From: Macrostomum hystrix
Lineage: Eukaryota; Animalia; Platyhelminthes
Length of the DNA stretch: 64,000 nucleotides
NCBI GenBank assembly: GCA_950097015.1
Contig: CATNEN010000024.1
Coordinates: forward strand, 3,720,001 to 3,784,000
Direction: 5' to 3'
A program made the position numbers and the translations under genes. The notes beneath the pieces were generated by a model. That model was not told the DNA's origin, did no database searches, and saw only the letters and a program-made list of their open reading frames with translations. Below are positions 58,930 through 64,000 of this stretch, one piece after another; positions within the stretch are counted from its first letter, which is position 1; every line of letters begins with the position of its first letter.

Positions 58930-61190
58930 GCCAAAGAAACTAGATATGATAAATTGCCTTACAATCCCCGCACCCTCCGGGCAAGCTGGCGAATGCAGGA
59001 ACTCGCCCGACTGGCATCAGACCTGCAGATCTCCATCCTGGCCGTACAGGAGCACAGGAGGAGCACTGACGAGAGCGCCGCCCTCGGCCTCGGGTGGCAT
59101 TTCAAAGCCGCCCCCGAAACACCGCGTGGCACAGGAGGAATTGGCTTCCTGCTCTCGCCAGAGGCATCCAGAGCCCTTCTGGTCATCAGCTTCCTGACCG
59201 ACCGCCTGGGATATGCGACTTTTAGTGTTTGCGATAGATGGCTGCATGCTGCCTGTGTCTACGCCCCTACTGCTTCCAGGACTAACGAGAATCCCACTGA
59301 AACCGAAGCCCTTTACGACCGGCTTGGGTACCTCCTGGACTCCATCCCTGCCCGTGACCTGGTATTTGTGGCCGGAGATTTCAACGCGCCCCTGCCCGCC
59401 GACGGCCGCCTCGTGAAGAACAAATGTGGCGTCCCAAATGCCAACACCGCCCTATTGACCGACTCTATCCAGGCCAGAGATCTCATCGGCGTAAACGGCT
59501 TCCTACGGCAGCGGCTCACAAAACTTCCAACATTTTTCGGCCCAAATGGACGAACCACAAGGCTGGACTGGATCCTCTGTCCCCTAGCGCTAAGATCTAG
59601 AGTCCGCAGAGTGATCAACATCCGCCCAAGATGCATCGCGTCCGACCACAGCTTGGTTGCTTGCGGCCTGGACCAAATTCAGGCCCCGCCCATTGCGGCC
59701 CCTCTGGGCCGCCCTGAGGATCCCGGACACGCGATCAGCCTTCCTGGACAAGCTCTCTGCTGCGAGACCCGCTCTTGCTGAATCTGCGGAGACTTTCGCG
59801 AAAGCCGTCGAGCTAGCAGCCATCGTTCTACCCAGGCAAACGGGCCACCAACCGAAAGCGCTGTGGGACTCTGACCCAGCAATTGCCGCAGCCAGGCGCG
59901 CCGCCCAGAATGCTGCCGCACGCCACGGAGAGGACAGCGACCAGACCAAACTCGCCAGAGACAACCTGCAGACTACCTACGCCCAACGCACCGAGCTGTT
60001 CGTCGAGACGGCGGTTCAGGAGATCCAGCTCGCCAGACAACTGCCGGCACTCTGCTGCCTGGCGAGCCATCAACCGCCTTACCGGAAGGAAACCTCGGCC
60101 GAGCACCATTGTTGGCGCTGAATCAGTGGAGCAGAGAAAAGCCAAGCTGGTCGACCACTATCGGCGAGTTTTAAACGCTCCCGCTCCAACGTCTCCCCTT
60201 CTCCCCGCCCCCGGCTTCACTCCTGCCCAGCCTGGTGATTTCTGCACGGGCACGGCTGTCTCCGCTCCTTTTCATCCTGGTGGTCGACTACATCCTGCGG
60301 AGGTGCCTCAAGGACACCGACAGCTTTGTCCTGGCACCCCGTCGTGACCGGCGCCATCCTGATGTGCTGCTCCCCGCGCTCGCCTACGCAGACGACATCG
60401 CGCTCATCTGCCGAGACCCAGCTGCGGCCCAGCGCGCTGTCTTCAGCATCTGCGCTGAAGGCGCCCGAGTCGGCCTAAGCGTCAACGGCAGCAAGACGGA
60501 GGTACTTCACCTGGGATTTGAGAACCCACCGCCCCTGACCCTGCCCAACGGTGAGGTCATCGCGGTGTGCAGCGACTTCCGCTACTTGGGTGTCCCGGTG
60601 ATGAGCCCGGATGTGATCATCGCGGACAGGAAGACCCAGGCCTGGCGCGCCGTTCACCAACATAAGCCAGTCTTCCCCTCCGGAGCGCGAGACGATCTTA
60701 AGATTCGACTGTTTCGCGCCGCCGTAGAGCCGATCTTATTCTACGGAATGGAGGCCATCCCGATGACCCCATCCGAGAGCGGATCCTAGATGGAATGCAC
60801 CGAAATCTGCTGCGCCAGGCTTCAGATGTGCACTACCCCGAGACCATCTCGACGGTCCAGCTGACAGCGCGAGCTGGCGTGCCGCCCATGAGCGTCACCC
60901 TGCGCCGGCGGCGTCAGACCCTGCTGGAGCACTGCTTGCGGAGGACTGCCCGCGGCGAGGACAACCCCTGGCTTTGGTCACCCTCAACCAGCCAACCGAG
61001 CGACTGCGCCGTGGCCAGGGTCGGACCCAGACTTTAGGCGCTACTTTGGTGGCCGACCTAGAATCGATCGGACTGACCCCGAGGACTGCTGCGATCAGCC
61101 CTGCCCCCCTTTTCCGTGAACGCGTGCGCGCAAGAGTGCCCCGTTGACCTTCAGGCCCCTTGCGTCGTAATGTAATGTAATGGATGTAAT
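58930..61190 (+). mobile_element. Dead RTE-like non-LTR retrotransposon with internal RT deletion
   Basis: APE endonuclease motifs (ILAVQEH, GIGF, VYAPT, AGDFNA, RLDWIL, SDH), RT motifs LSPLLFILVVDY and AYADDIAL, C-terminal RLFRAAVEPILFYGME, and a (TAATG)n tail at ~61167-61190. Split by several frameshifts and stops. Confidence 0.88.
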
Positions 61191-64000
61191 AAGAGCTTAA
61201 CGTATACTACGTCGCTATATAAGGCCGGCCTTGTTATAATATGTGCGATTGTTCTAGCTTGAACCGGGCTACCAGACGGACCTTTCCATCTTGCTGCATG
61301 CAACACTGCAGAAAAGTGCTACTTCACCTACATGACGTACCACACGCTCATCGTACCACACAACACATGCCACTAATCCTATGCTGGAATTAAGTATTTT
61401 ATTATTATACATAGCTTTCAATCGCATCGCTGCGTTTTTAGTCCACCATATTCAGCTTATTTAAGCTAATTACAAATTACGTTTTCACAATTCTAAATCT
61501 TGCATTCTTATTAATAATTGACTGTCTACTACACATAATTTGTTATAATATTTAGAAAAATAGTTTTTACATTTTCAATTAATTACATAACCTAATTTTA
61601 TTAGAACTACTCGACTCGAGTATACATCGATCACGACTAAGCTAAAGTTTTCTGCGTGGTACATCTCCACTTCGTGCAGCACGCGGTTTCTGTTTTTATT
61701 AAAGAAAATATTCAATCCTTCATTATAGTCGTATAGTAGCTAGTAAGCATAGCTAATATTCAGCTTTGCTTCGTGTTAATTATTGCCCATTTTTACCAAC
61801 ATGGACTGTACTTTCTACATTGTTGGATTGCTTTCCTTGACAGGTGAGGCTAACTTTTTGATATGCTCCTAGCCATCCTATATTATTTCATTATACGAGC
61901 TCGTATGCTAGCGATTTAATTTTATAATGTTAGCAATTTTGGTATAAAACTATGTATTTGGGCAAGCACCTGGCAACTGGCTATTCAACCTTTTCATGCT
62001 GAACAGTTAGGCACTGTTGGATTCTAATAAATAATTTAACCAACAATTTGAATGTTTTTAATGCTAATGCTTCCAAGGAATGCTTATAAAGCTTCTATAA
62101 ATATGTCAATATTGGTAAATTGGTCTGTGCTCATGGTCTACATTGGTGCCATAGTCTGGAAGGTGTCCAGTGTACATGGGAACTAATTCTGGGCCAAATC
62201 AAGCCTGTATGCCGATTTCAATAGCCCCATTTTGAATGTTACATCATATGCTGAAGTAATTTTCCCATCATTTTTCTCATTTAAGAGAGGTATATTAGCT
62301 ATGTATCCATACACTAATTATGCCAAATCAGTTTCCACATGTTTTGACATTGAGCAATCTTAACAAGTTCCCTTGGGAAAATAATGGAAAATACAGAACT
62401 ATCCCACAGATTTTTCCATAGGATAACCATACTTTGTGGCACATAGGAGATTAGGAATTTGAAGAACATTGTTGTTATATATATATTGTTTTGTTTCAAG
62501 TCAATTGGAAAACCAAAATTATTTTATAGGTTTAAAGTTTAAGGACCCAAATAAACTTCTTAGTTATTTATAAAATTTAATGTTCAGTTTAAATTGTTGG
62601 ATTTTTTACTAATAGTCTATTGCAGATAATAATGTCAATCTTAAATCCTGTAAAATGGTTTAATTTGCTATAACCAATATATTTTTTTAGCCACAATTTT
62701 GTAGGTTTGTAAAAAATGAAAGCTAACAAAAGTGGTACAAAAATTAATTGCACTGGGGTAAACACATGCACATTTGGCTAGAAAAATATAGATAAAAGTA
62801 GCAAAATCTTGCAAATTTTGTGAAAACAAAAAAAATATAATGGTTGCAAAACTTAAATGTACTAAGGTAAACAATTTAGCCATTAAATGTGTAGTAGGTG
62901 AATAAATCTACCATATTTTTCCTTTTAAATTTACTCGAACAAGTGAAGAAATTTAATATTTTGTTTGAATGCACCAATTGTTATAATGTACCAAGAAACC
63001 ACCCCTCCACTCTATTATATATACTCACATTTTTGGGAGTAGAAAACCAAACTTACGGACATGTGAACAGACATTATCAAAGTTCTAAACTCGACAGTTC
63101 TAAAGAGAAAAAGTTTCCAAAACTTGTTAGTTATTTTATAAAGCTGGAAAGCTATAACCTTAGACACATACATGCGCAACACCCGGCCGACCCGGCCGAA
63201 CTGGCCGGGTGAAACGAGGGCCAAGCAAGGTAAGTCGCAAAAACCAATTGACCAAGCGCAAAAAAATCAAAGGGGGGACCAAGGGACAAAAAAGGAAGGC
63301 GTGAAGAAAAGGAAAAAGGGGAGAGAAAAAGAGAGCAAATGAGAGCAAACTAAGTCATAAATAGAGCAATGAAATGAACTAAGTCGCAAATGAGAGCAAA
63401 AACTAAGTCGCACGGCCGGCTAAGATTTGGGAGGTTGTGCATGTATGCTTAGACAACAGAATTCATATTGAACAGTAAGCAAAAAGGTTTGGATCCAAAA
63501 TAAGTGTGCATAAGCCTGTAAAGGGTGTGATATAGGCATCACCTATTAAGGGAGTGCATTTGATAACAAACCTATGTAGGGTGAGGAAGAAGCAAGTAAT
63601 TCCACAGTGAGTGTGTGGGTAACTGATACCCCCAAATCCATTGATAGCCCTACATTGGGACTGGAAATTAATAAGACTTTGTGTCACTAATATAACCAGT
63701 GTGAAGTAAAATATACATATATGAGTTATTCATATTAATAAGTAGAAAAAGTGTCTTACCACTTGGACACTCACATGCTACCATAGAGTTAACAAATAGG
63801 CCCCCTACTTTAATATATAAAAATTTATAAGTGTTATACTGGTTAATTATTGCTGAAGTTAAATAATAAGAAAGAGCCCTCCAACAAATGTTTAAGTGTC
63901 GATTGTTAAAGACATATGTAGAAAATTTAAACACAGCAAAACTTTGTTGGACAGGGCCACCACAAATCACATTTGCACAGCACTGTAGCAGACTGTAGCC

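Noticed and set aside
61140-61190. LINE 3' end as partner of SINE family A
   Set aside because: Similarity (CAGGCCCCTTGC vs CAGCCCTCCTGC) is too short and the tail repeats differ (TAATG vs ATT).

Overview
Eukaryotic (metazoan) genomic DNA with GC-rich exons and repeat-filled introns. The style suggests a flatworm such as Macrostomum, but that is inference and not verified. All gene models were assembled by hand from GT/AG sites and phase matching. Genes in order: (1) the 5' part of TRAF3IP1/IFT54 (minus strand, runs off the left edge); (2) an orphan two-exon single-pass membrane protein gene (+); (3) a six-exon Cys-rich secreted or GPI-type gene (+) that the ORF track does not show as a unit; (4) a ~25-exon, ~3,500-aa polycystin-1 (PKD1)-like gene (minus, 15.3-42.3 kb) with signal peptide, WSC, PKD repeats, REJ, GAIN/GPS, PLAT and channel domain; (5) head-to-head with it, a 14-exon ~1,395-aa TRPA1-like channel (+, 43.6-54.9 kb); (6) an intronless rhodopsin-class GPCR (minus). 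Mobile DNA: about 15 copies of one tRNA-derived SINE, about 6 copies of a second CORE-like SINE often abutting the first, a decayed RT+RNase H LINE, an internally deleted RTE-like LINE, a MITE and a third short dispersed repeat. Many introns carry their own minisatellite, several sharing sequence cores. No CRISPR, rRNA or intact tRNA gene is supported.
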